Part shown: positions 21,074 through 30,771 of the stretch, in pieces
How positions within the stretch are numbered: position 1 is the stretch's first letter
How the letters are laid out: each line of letters opens with the position of its first letter
Source: Leptogorgia sarmentosa
Lineage: Eukaryota
Length of the DNA stretch: 64,000 bases
Reading direction: 5' to 3'
Assembly (NCBI GenBank): GCA_964658305.1
Contig: OZ210885.1
Coordinates: 11,346,001-11,410,000 of the forward strand
Notes under the pieces: generated by a model
What the model was told of the DNA's origin: nothing
Databases searched by the model: none
The model's input: the letters and a program-made list of their open reading frames with translations, nothing else
Program-made: the position numbers and the translations under genes

Positions 21074-22753
21074 AGGCGGTCGTATACGAAAAAATTTTTT
21101 TTGTGTTTTAATGCTGTGATGTTCATTTTTGGTCGGTTTTTAGGGCATTGTACTACTAACGTAAAAAATGTTTGTCAAAGTTACTGTTGCCATGGTTACT
21201 ATGTTAATTACCCCCTGGTGGTGAAAAACTACCATATTTGTAAACATGATATCTCAAGAAGTATAAATGATAAAAACCTAAAATAACCTTTGTTTAATAG
21301 TATAGGACGTACTCTTGGGGATGAACTAGAACTATGGTGATTGAGGCAAAAATAATTTTTTTATGTACAAAATACTGAAAATACATTTTATTGGTATGGT
21401 ACTGATCGAGTATCACAACTTTAATGTTTTACCAGATATTTTGATGATTCTAGTTCACCTCCTAGAACATAGTCTACAGAGTTTACCATGTGAATTACGA
21501 GTCATTTGGTCGACTATTTATAGCGATATCATGTTTGAAGTTTAAGAAATGCATAAGCGAGAAAAACGCATTTAAAATTTTGACAAAGTTAAACGTTTAA
21601 TAAATGCCTCATGATAACATGTTTGCATACAAAAATCATGCTTACACAAATGGTAATGATTTGGTAAGACAAATAGAATCATTTAGTACAAGTAGTATTC
21701 ACCAGACCGTGCATTCATGTATATTTCACTTAATTAATGTACTTGATATCATGTATTAATTCGCCTTTCAAATATCATGAATACTTTAGCGCTGAGGTCT
21801 CATGTTTTTCATGAATTTTGCCTTCTCAAAGGTATTTCACTTCCTTCATTACACTGTAGCAACGAATTCCCCTGAAAATCACCGGTAAATATTGGTCAAA
21901 AACGTCGAAGAGTATGCGAAAATTGACCAATATATTCATACTAGACATCGCCATTACAAAACCGTTGAAAAACGGTTTAATTCGGAATATTAAGTATATT
22001 TGAATTCAAACAACGACCGTAGTGCATTATGGGTAGATGTAGAAAATTTGGCGAGGTGGTGTGGCCGGTGGGGAGAAAGAGGGAATTAGACTCCCCCTAT
22101 ACTACGGTTTAATTCGGAATATTAAGTATATTTGAATTCAAACAACGACCGTAGAGCATTATGGGTAGATGTAGAAAATTTGGCGAGGTGGTGTGGCTGG
22201 TGGGGAGAAAGAGGGAATTGCACTGCCCCTATAGTGAAGCACTACCTCTGCCAAACATGTCCGAACGCCAGAGCCTACTTAGACACATACAACTTACATG
22301 TCTGAAGTAAAATTTCAAATATTTTTAATGCTTCAAGACGATTTAACAACCAGCCTCCCAAACCAAACAAGTACGACCTACTGCCGCACTCTTACGTGGC
22401 ATTATATCACGACGATTCTTTGTGTGACAGGGATCGTGATCATGAGACTTTATGATGTCCTCACACAACTGATTGAGGTTAAATCTTGGCGGTTTAGAGG
22501 TTCGTGCACGCTAGACATGCTTCGCGCACAAAACGAACACCTTTTAAACCGCCATCTTGGCTCTGGCAGCGAGAATGGCAACTAGTCACCAGTACTATCC
22601 CGCGCAGACACGACCAAGGGACCACGAAAAATGTGAATAACTCGTTATTATGCACCAATATTACAATGAAACATTTTGGAAAAGATGAAGGTTTGTTCAA
22701 AGATAATAATGCCGTTACTTTTGAAAATTTGAAAACTTTGTATACGACCGCCC
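21074..22753. mobile_element. Putative non-autonomous TIR DNA transposon
   Basis: IR AGGCGGTCGTATACGAAAA / TTTGTATACGACCGCCC; absent from the paralogous region near 11990; no TSD resolved. Confidence 0.5.
21972..22232 (+). repeat. Tandem duplication of about 130 bp
   Basis: ACGGTTTAATTCGGAATATTAAG..GAGGGAATT..CCCCTATA occurs twice head to tail. Confidence 0.9.
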
Positions 22754-23180
22754 ATTGACGTCACAGGCGCGGATCCAGACCGTGATGAAAGTGGCTCGAG
22801 CATCGGTCAGTCTTTCTCAGGAATTCCCGAGATTAACCGTTTTTGATAGTAGAAAAAATATTCTACGCGATTCTAATAATTGTATGTTAATTATTTGACA
22901 GGAGCAAAAATAGGTCTATGGCAAGCAATTCAAATATTTCCTAGTTATTCTTATGGATTCGTGTTCACAAGAAGGAAAAACGTCCAAAATATTTCCTTCT
23001 TCAATAGTACAATCATTAATATGTATACGTTGAATTGCATGCTTTATACGCAGGCAAGGTTATGAAAAGATCGCGTGCTTAGAAATCATTCAATGAGCAA
23101 ACCCAGGCTAAAATTTATCCGTGGAAATAATGCTGTTGATACACATTAGAAAGACTGCGCCGTACGGAGCGACATGCGAT

Positions 23181-23262
23181 CGTGGTCGGCAGGATTTGAA
23201 CCTGCGCGGGAATTTCCTAACAGATTTCAAGTCTGCCGCCTTAACCACTCGGTCACGACTAC
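23181..23262 (-). tRNA. trnS(TGA): tRNA-Ser(TGA), several substitutions
   Basis: Ser body; loop CT TGA AA. Confidence 0.7.
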
Positions 23263-23609
23263 GTTGGCATTGCTATGTATTTCGACATGAATAAATCAAG
23301 AATTTCGAATATTTCCAGTTTATGGGTGTGACAACACCGACCTCTCAATCTGCAGTCGAATTAACTGTTAACCTAGGTCAATTACCTACATATACCTTCA
23401 CGGAAAGTATCAATTTTTTTATTGCCTCTGGTTTGTCAATTTTGCATTTAAATACAAACTCGTTCACGGCATGTGTCATCACGTGACTTCTTTCCGTCGA
23501 CAACAGAATCTCCTCTCATCGAGTTGCAACGCCTGAGACATTACATATTAATCCAATATTTTTCTTCGTCAGTACAAAGTACATTAGAAAACATTTTGAT
23601 ATCATCAAT

Positions 23610-23681
23610 GGCTTGCTGGTCTAGTGGTATGATTCTCGCTTAGGGTGCGAGAGGTCACGGGTTCGATTCCCGTGCAAGCCC
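23610..23681 (+). tRNA. trnP(AGG): tRNA-Pro(AGG)
   Basis: GGCTTGCTGGTCTAGTGGTATGATTCTCGC-TT AGG GT-GCGAGAGGTCACGGGTTCGATTCCCGTGCAAGCCC. Confidence 0.92.
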
Positions 23682-23797
23682 TAGTTAATTAACCAAGTAA
23701 GACGTTCTGCTTTCTGAAAGCTTCCGTCAATCCTTAGAAAACCTCGCGCAAAAAATGCGGTTACATTTACCGTCACGACGTCTGAACACACCAAACA

Positions 23798-23821
23798 CGT
23801 CCCTGGTTGGACTCGAACCAA

Positions 23822-23865
<44 letters not shown>

Positions 23866-23871
23866 AGAGAC
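23798..23871 (-). tRNA. trnN(GTT): tRNA-Asn(GTT)
   Basis: Intact 74-nt body. Confidence 0.9.
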
Positions 23872-24044
23872 GTACCTACCCCCCGTGAAAACCTTCCGAA
23901 GAGAAATTCAGAAATAATGGATAATATTTTTGGTCAAAATCTGATTTTTAGCCAAGGCCATATGCAACGGCAACAATAAACAGAACTTCAACGGTGACAA
24001 TGTCCGCAATGGTGATTACAATACTTTTTGGTGTTTGAAACAGA

Positions 24045-24072
24045 TGCCGCGACCAGGATTCGAACCTGGGTT
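24045..24072 (-). pseudogene. tRNA-His 3' fragment
   Basis: AACCCAGGTTCGAATCCTGGTCGCGGCA at a duplication junction. Confidence 0.55.
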
Positions 24073-24225
24073 CTATTAGCAATACTTATTTTTTTTCCAA
24101 GCGTAGTGAAATGGTGGAAAGATATGAAACTTGAACTAAAATATATAGAATGCTACCTAGCTGTGTAGGAACATGCCTGAATTTGCCTGAACAACATTTT
24201 ACCTCCAGACAAGGGCGTCAACTTT

Positions 24226-24296
24226 GCGTTGATGGTTCAGTGGTAGAATTCTCGCCTGCCACCCTTGGGACCGGTGCTTGATTCACAGGAAACGCA
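24226..24296 (+). pseudogene. tRNA-Gly(GCC) pseudogene
   Basis: Paralog of 12290; degenerate 3' half. Confidence 0.75.
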
Positions 24297-24379
24297 GATT
24301 GTTTTCATTTTGTTGCATTTCAATTGCAACTCGAGAAAAAATGTTGGTTAGTAACTCAGACATGATCTCGAAATTGTAC

Positions 24380-24451
24380 TCCCATGTGGTCTAGTGGTTA
24401 GGATCTGGCGTTTTCACCGCCATGGCCCGGGTTCGATTCCCGGCGTGGGAA
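24380..24451 (+). tRNA. trnE(TTC): tRNA-Glu(TTC)
   Basis: Intact, followed by a T6 terminator. Confidence 0.92.
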
Positions 24452-24935
24452 TTTTTTCTGACAGTTTCTTTTTGGAACAGTTTGTCTTCACATATTCAAT
24501 CTCGCCCGAGACTGGGATTAGATTCCCTGCTAACGCAGAATATTATCATTCTGACGAGTTTAAAATTCAAATGCAACACGAGAAAAACGTAGATTTGTGA
24601 CAAAGACATGATCTAATAATTTTATCCAGGAAAGTAAAATTAATATTTTCTGATATCACCGTCACTTATGAAAACTATTTGATAGCTGCAAACTATTTGA
24701 CTGTGGACAGAGTTTTTGCATTGGTTTATAAATTTTTGATTTTTACTCTTTATAATTTTATTGGGAATATGAGCTTTTAACAGAATATCCCTTTAGGAAT
24801 TAATTTTACAAGCTCCCCTTCGCATTAATTTCGTTCTTGGATCAATTTGTTTCAATTAACTCTGGATTAAAAAAGGAAGGCGGAAGAGAAAGGTAATAAA
24901 ATTCGCAGCATTTTAAAATATTCAAATGTCAAAAT

Positions 24936-25007
24936 AGGTTCTGCCGAGACTTGAACTCGGATCGCTGGATTCAAAGTCCAAAGTGCTAACCATTACACCA
25001 CGGAACC
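24936..25007 (-). tRNA. trnQ(TTG): tRNA-Gln(TTG)
   Basis: Full-length; loop CT TTG AA. Confidence 0.88.
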
Positions 25008-25135
25008 TTAACACAATCTTGACCAAGTTTCCCAATTCTTTAACGTTTCTTCCTTTCTTTCACAGCAAAAGGAACACTCTTCAATGGCGGACGTGGATAT
25101 GTACTGAACACGAATCATGTATCCAGCACGTCACA

Positions 25136-25217
25136 GGTGGCGTGGCCGAGTGGTCTAAGGCGCTGGTTTTAGGCACCAGTCATTTCGATGACGTGGGTTC
25201 GAATCCCACCGCTGCCA
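25136..25217 (+). tRNA. trnL(TAG): tRNA-Leu(TAG)
   Basis: Full-length 82 nt. Confidence 0.9.
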
Positions 25218-25675
25218 AATTTTCGTTGTTCATGGCTGTATTCGTTTATTAACGATTCACTATTCGTTCATAATTTAACCCGCAACGGAAGAAAGTAACA
25301 TGAATATTTTCTAATTTTGCTCTCTTTTGCGTGCTGACACGATAAATAGAGATCTAATTCCAGCACAGTAAAACTATATTCGCGATAGCCTGGAAAACCT
25401 TCGAAACCATGAATAATGGCAAAAACTATTTGATCGTGGAAAGAGTTTTTCCATTGGTTTTTAAATTCTTGATTTTCACACCTTTATAACTTTATTGGTT
25501 AAAAGAGCTTTAACAGAATACCCTTTTGTAATTAAAATAACTAGTTCGTTTTCGCTTTCATTTTGTTTTTGGATCAATTTATGTCAATTAACTCCGAATT
25601 GCAAAATGGACGGTGGAAGAGAAAGGTAATAAAATGGCCGAACTTAAAATAACCTTTAAATCTCCTGTCTAACAT

Positions 25676-25728
25676 AGGTTCTGCCGAGACTTAGAGTCCA
25701 AAAGTGCTAACCATTACACCACAGAACC
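25676..25728 (-). pseudogene. tRNA-Gln pseudogene, internal deletion
   Basis: About 20 nt spanning the anticodon to T-arm deleted. Confidence 0.75.
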
Positions 25729-25851
25729 TTAACACGACCGTGACAATATTTCCTCATTTTTTAATATTTTTTCTTTCTTTATCACCCAAATGCATCTCTT
25801 CAAAAGGCGTGGATATTTAGTAAAGAGGAATCATGTAATAGATAGGTTTAA

Positions 25852-25912
25852 CTAGTGGTTAGGATCTGGCGTTTTCTCCGCCATGGCCTGGGTTCGATTC
25901 CCGGCATGGGAG
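25852..25912 (+). pseudogene. tRNA-Glu(TTC), 5'-truncated
   Basis: Starts at CTAGTGGTTAGGATC at a rearrangement junction. Confidence 0.75.
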
Positions 25913-26200
25913 TACCATATACTTGCGAGCGAATGAAAAAAACATGCAATTCGAGAAATTACCAAAACCGTTGCCTATTATACTAGCTCTATCCCCCTTA
26001 CCCACTCTTTTGGTGTTTTCTGTATTTAAGTCTTTTTTGACATGATCTTGCTTTTCCACAAAAATATTTATTTTGCTGATCATTTTTAAAGTGCAACAAT
26101 TTCATAGAACTTACTCTGATTTATTATTTGAAGGTGTTTGGTGCAAATGTTCGGCATCTTGTGGAATATGAACATTATAACGAAAGAATTGGGCAACTTT

Positions 26201-26271
26201 GCGTTGGTGGTTCAGTGGTAGAATTCTCGCCTGCCACGCGGGAGACCGGGGTTCGATTCCCCGCTAACGCA
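26201..26271 (+). tRNA. trnG(GCC): tRNA-Gly(GCC)
   Basis: Full-length 71 nt. Confidence 0.9.
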
Positions 26272-26385
26272 GATTATTTTCATTTTTTTGCATTTCAATT
26301 TCAACTGCAACACGAGAAACAAACTGGCTTTGTAACACAGAAATAGTCAACAAGATTTTTTGACACGGATGAAAGAAATGGCAGC

Positions 26386-26677
26386 GATTACACTACGCCG
26401 CTCCGCTGTGGAAGACGTCTTCGTATCGTATAATGTTGGATATTTAGGGCATACAAACACGACATTATTTGATGCACCGGAGCGTACCGGATTAGTGATT
26501 ACACTTGGCTTTTCCCGGTACGGCACATACCGGATTACTTTTCGTATCACGAACGAAGCGGAGTGATTTTTGCTCCGCGTCACGTACCGGATTACAGTGG
26601 CGTAGTGTAATCAACAGCCCAATCCGGTATAAAAATCGCTCCGCTCCGATGCAATCCGGTATAGTGTAATAGGGGCC
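26386..26677. mobile_element. Truncated Harbinger-type MITE
   Basis: Right end TAGTGTAATAGGGGCC+TTA; internal ATTACACTA/TAGTGTAAT and CCGGAT repeats; left TIR incomplete. Confidence 0.5.
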
Positions 26678-26941
26678 TTATCCAGCCAAAAAGAATAAAA
26701 ATGATATTTTCTGATATCACCTTCTTTTGGTCGAAACTAGTTGATAGCCACAAACTATTTGATCATGGACAGAATTTTTGCATTGTATTCTAAATTCTTG
26801 ATCATTTTTCACTCTTTCGGGAGTGACTTCTATAACTATAACAGAGTATCGTTTTTGTAACCAAATAACTGAGATTTCCAAAACAACATTGTAAGAGACA
26901 TTCGCTACGTTATCCAACGTTTCAAATGCCTAGTTCAATAT

Positions 26942-27002
26942 AGGTTCTGCCAAGACTTGAACTCGGACCACTGGATTCAAAGTCCAAAGTGCTAACCATT
27001 AC
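26942..27002 (-). pseudogene. tRNA-Gln(TTG), 5'-truncated
   Basis: Gln body lacking the 5' acceptor strand. Confidence 0.7.
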
Positions 27003-27126
27003 CCCTCTGAATTTGTTTAACGTTTCTTCCTTTCTTTGATACAAAGATATCACGTTTGACAAAGGTCCGTGAATTGATTATAGCTGCGTTTGATATGTGC
27101 GTATAATTAACCTAGTAGTCAACACA

Positions 27127-27198
27127 AGGAGTGTAGCTCAGTGGTGCTCTATTCGACTGCAGATCGAGAGGTCGGTGGATCAAATCCGCCCACTCCTA
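27127..27198 (+). pseudogene. tRNA-Cys(GCA) with D-arm micro-inversion
   Basis: GTGGTGCTCTATTCG instead of GTGGTAGAGCATTCG; T-loop GGATCAAAT. Confidence 0.75.
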
Positions 27199-27406
27199 CT
27201 TATCATACCTATAAACTGGAAAACTTCCAAATTCTTTAAAGCAGGCTGATGGGAAATATGCGACCCAAAGAGTTGAGATGCATATTACAATTCGTGTTAA
27301 ATCTATCCACCAATACTTGAAAACGATTACTAAAATATTTCCTTGGATTTTACTGGAAGAATGAAAATTTATTCATTTTGAAGTGGAAGCGATGGTTAAT
27401 GGCAAT

Positions 27407-27488
27407 GTAGTCGTGGCCGAGTGGTTAAGGCGACAGACTTGAAATCTGTTGGGAAATTCCCGCGCAGGTTCAAATCCTGCCGACTACG
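27407..27488 (+). tRNA. trnS(TGA): tRNA-Ser(TGA)
   Basis: GTAGTCGTGGCCGAGTGGTTAAGGCGACAGA-CT TGA AA-TCTGT..GGTTCAAATCCTGCCGACTACG. Confidence 0.92.
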
Positions 27489-27716
27489 GAAGAGCAAATT
27501 TCCAGAATGTATTTGGCAAAATTTTGGTGTTATGCATGCAATAAGGAGAAAAAAGAGAAAAGTTATAAAAGGAAGTTGTATAAGAATCTTTTTTAAAGCA
27601 AAGTTTTCAACTTCTAACTAGAGTCCGAAGTACGTTGAAAACTCACGTGTGTATGTTATTAAATAGTAATATCCATTATTTTTACATTTCTTTTCGGAAG
27701 GTTTTCAATGCAGTCA

Positions 27717-27722
27717 GTCTCT

Positions 27723-27763
<41 letters not shown>

Positions 27764-27790
27764 CTGTTGGTTCGAATCCAACCAGAGACG
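27717..27790 (+). tRNA. trnN(GTT): tRNA-Asn(GTT)
   Basis: Intact, GGTTCGAATCC. Confidence 0.92.
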
Positions 27791-27835
27791 TGTTCGGTGT
27801 GATGTTATTGACACGTCGTGACTGTAAATGTAACC

Positions 27836-27866
27836 GCGAGAATCATACCACCAGGCCAGCAAGCCA
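27836..27866 (-). pseudogene. tRNA-Pro 5' fragment
   Basis: GGCTTGCTGGCCTGGTGGTATGATTCTCGC; remainder deleted relative to the 29208 copy. Confidence 0.65.
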
Positions 27867-28110
27867 TTGATGGTGTCAAATTGTTCTCTAATGTACTTTG
27901 TAGTGACGAAGAAAAATATTGGATTAATGTATAATATCTCAGGCGTTGCAACTCGATGAGAGGCGATTCTGTTCTCGACGGAAAGAAGACACGTGATGAC
28001 ACATGCGGTGAATCAGTTTGTATTTAAATGCAAAATTGACAAAACAGAGGCAATGAAAAAATTGATACTTTCCTTGAAGGTATATGTAGGTAATTAACCT
28101 AGGTCGACTA

Positions 28111-28552
28111 CGTAATTTTTTTTCCGTAGACAGTCGGTAGCATCCTTGATGGTCGGTAGCATCATTTACATGTGACCGGCAGTGACAAAGTCGCAGGCTA
28201 ATATAAACTTGTTTGCTTACGGTACACGCTTGCGGCAAGCTGGCTGCTAGCGCTTTCGGTAAAGAGCGCAGCATATAACAAACCGAAGCGCGGTGGGGCT
28301 AGAATTTCTTTTCCCCGGAAGATTTGTTTATTTTTTTAAAAAAGTTTTTCAAATGAAGACATTTTTCCTGGCTTCATAGTGTGTAAGGTTAGACTGTTAT
28401 AAGGTTAGGGTCAGGTTTACCGTTTGGGTTTGGTTTATTTCGTAAAAATAAATGGAGTTTAAATAAAGTCCAAAATTTCCCGAATAAAAAGTCGATGATG
28501 CTACCGACCATCAAGGATGCTCTACCGACTCTCTACGGAAAAAAAATTTGCG
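28111..28552. mobile_element. TA-flanked MITE (Tc1/mariner-type)
   Basis: About 50-bp TIR CGTAATTTTTTTTCCGTAGACAGTCGGTAGCATCCTTGATGGTCGGTAGCATC; TA on both sides; absent from the paralog near 11310. Confidence 0.8.
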
Positions 28553-28563
28553 TAGACTACACA

Positions 28564-28614
28564 GGGAGTGTGGCTCAGTGGTGGAGCATTCGACTGCAGA
28601 TCGAGAGGTCGGTG
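28564..28614 (+). pseudogene. tRNA-Cys(GCA), 3'-truncated
   Basis: GGGAGTGTGGCTCAGTGGTGGAGCATTCGACTGCAGATCGAGAGGTCGGTG, then deletion. Confidence 0.75.
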
Positions 28615-28686
28615 TTATCACACCCATAAACTGGAAATCTTCAAAATTCTTGATTTATTCATTTCGAAATACAAGGCAATGCCAAC

Positions 28687-28768
28687 GTAGTCGTGGTCGA
28701 GTGGTTAAGGCGACAGACTTGAAATTTGTTGGGAAATTCCCGCGCAGGTTCAAATCCTGCCGACTACG
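28687..28768 (+). tRNA. trnS(TGA): tRNA-Ser(TGA)
   Basis: Full-length, two substitutions relative to 27407. Confidence 0.82.
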
Positions 28769-29016
28769 GAAGAGCAAATTTCCAGAATGTATTTGGCAAA
28801 ATTTTGGTGTTATAGCATGCAATAAGGAGAAAAAAGAGAAATGTTATAAAAGGAAGTTGTCTAAGAAACTTTTTTAGAGCAAAGTTTTCAACTTCTAACT
28901 CGAGTCCGAAGGACGAGTGCTAATTTGGGGTTTTTGGAAAACTCACGTGTGTATGTTATTAAATAGTAATATCCATTATTTTTACATTTCTTTTCGGAAG
29001 GTCTTCAATGGAGTCA

Positions 29017-29022
29017 GTCTCT

Positions 29023-29066
<44 letters not shown>

Positions 29067-29090
29067 TTGGCTCGACTCCAACCAGGGACG
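29017..29090 (+). tRNA. trnN(GTT): tRNA-Asn(GTT), T-loop mutated
   Basis: Asn body; T-loop GCTCGACT. Confidence 0.7.
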
Positions 29091-29207
29091 TGTTTGGTGT
29101 GATGTTATTCAGGCGCCGTGACGGTAAATGTAACCGATTTTTTTCCGCGGGGTTTTCTAAGGACTTACGAAAGCTTTCAAAAAAGAGAACAGTTGGTTAA
29201 TTAACTA

Positions 29208-29279
29208 GGGCTTGCACGGGAATCGAACCCGTGACCTCTCGCACCCAAAGCGAGAATCATACCACTAGACCAGCAAGCC
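29208..29279 (-). tRNA. trnP(TGG): tRNA-Pro(TGG)
   Basis: Matches Pro(AGG) at 23610 except at the wobble base; loop TT TGG GT. Confidence 0.92.
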
Positions 29280-29371
29280 ATTGATTGTATCAAAATGTTC
29301 TGTAATGTACTTTGTACTGACGAAGAAAAATATGGCATTAATTAATGTAATATCTCAGCCGTTCCAAAGTC

Positions 29372-29410
29372 GCCGTGATCGTATAGTGGTTAGTACATTC
29401 CGTTGTGGCC
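29372..29410 (+). pseudogene. tRNA-His(GTG) 5' half
   Basis: GCCGTGATCGTATAGTGGTTAGTACATTCCGTTGTGGCC, then abrupt junction. Confidence 0.75.
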
Positions 29411-29466
29411 ACAAAATAATATCGATTATTAGTATATTTCTTTTCGGAAAGTTTTCAATGGACTCA

Positions 29467-29472
29467 GTCTCT

Positions 29473-29516
<44 letters not shown>

Positions 29517-29540
29517 TTGGTTCGAGTCCAACCAGGGACG
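29467..29540 (+). tRNA. trnN(GTT): tRNA-Asn(GTT)
   Basis: Intact 74-nt body. Confidence 0.9.
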
Positions 29541-30167
29541 TGTTTGGTGTGTGCCGTTTTTCACCTGGCAATACATATTCTCCAACATTGGGCGATATAT
29601 TCAACACAGCCCGAGATTGTTCTTGCATGATGTTGTTGATAAATTAGCTGGAGCAAAAGATGGATCTTGCTGGATCCTTCGGAAGAACCCACAAGGTACA
29701 AGCTCATGCTTCCGAAATCTTGCATTTGCTGAAATCTACATAATGAATCTTGCATTTGCAATCTTTGCATTTAAAATTACTTTAATTAGGTTTGGTGTTA
29801 TATTCATACAGACCAGGGTGGATTAATTTGTGTTGGTTGGAATGAAGAATAGTCCAGTAAGTTGGACACTCCCATCCGATTCGTCCCCGGTTGACCCACA
29901 AGGACCGCCACACTGGTCAAGTGTTTTGAGCGATATCACAGTTCTTTATTTTAGAGTCCAGGTCTCAACAAACAAAAGTTTTGATGGCACAAGAGCAGAC
30001 TGGTAAGAATACACAAACTGATAATTTCTTGTTAACCATGGGCAAAGTCAGCACCGAGCTCGTCTTTTGTACTGACAGTGCACGTAGTGCGAGTTATAAC
30101 AGGAAAATGATTATCTCATACGAACATATGATTGAAACTTTAACACTTTCTATCATATCAGCAACTT

Positions 30168-30625
30168 TCCAATAAAGAATACCGAATGGTTTTCCGTGCA
30201 GGATTGCGTCATCCATGCACGTGGGATGTGGCGACTTTCGGAAAGCGTAAAAAATCACGAGCCGCAGGCGAGTCACTTTCCGAAACTCAAGCCACATCCC
30301 AAGTGTATGGATAACGCCATCCTGGACGGAAAAATCATTTGGTAATTGTTTTATAAAATAACTACAGTGAAACAATGGAAAACGTTAATTTCTTTTCCAT
30401 AAATACGAAAACCCTTGTTTGTTGTTTTCGATAGCAATTTGTGTTACTGTCAAATTTTCGTATTTTACTTTAATTTTATTGCCGACATTTTAAAAATCCC
30501 GTGACTCGTGAGCATTATGCCCGTGAGTAAGCATTCAGAATTTTCCAAGCAGGATACGGTGTAGGATTGTCAGATCTTGCAGGACTATTGACCAATCAAA
30601 TTGCGTGTTTCACTGTAGTTATTAT
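30168..30625. repeat. Hairpin-headed dispersed repeat
   Basis: About 190-bp imperfect palindrome centred on GAGCCGCAGGCGAG; distal GACCAATCAAATTGCG motif. Confidence 0.6.
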
Positions 30626-30771
30626 GTAACAGCCTTTCACGGCCGAAAACAATTTACTCGATAAGCGTGGTGACGTCATAACATGCTCAATAAGAGCAGA
30701 CCTGAGTCATTAGGCACTCGAAATATTTTCTTGTCAACAGAGATAACTTTTCCCATATCAAGATCCCTTAA

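Noticed and set aside
28385..28435. GGTTAGGG-like telomeric motifs
   Set aside because: A few degenerate units inside a MITE, not a telomeric array
13204..28768. Leu TAG and Ser TGA anticodons as nonsense suppressors or tRNA-Sec
   Set aside because: Anticodons TAG and TGA read CUA and UCA; suppressors would need CTA, TTA or TCA, and no Sec-type structure is present
7894..29826. Dozens of 60-130 aa ORFs across the tRNA cluster
   Set aside because: Translations of tRNA genes, spacers and MITEs; recurring peptides reflect duplicated non-coding DNA
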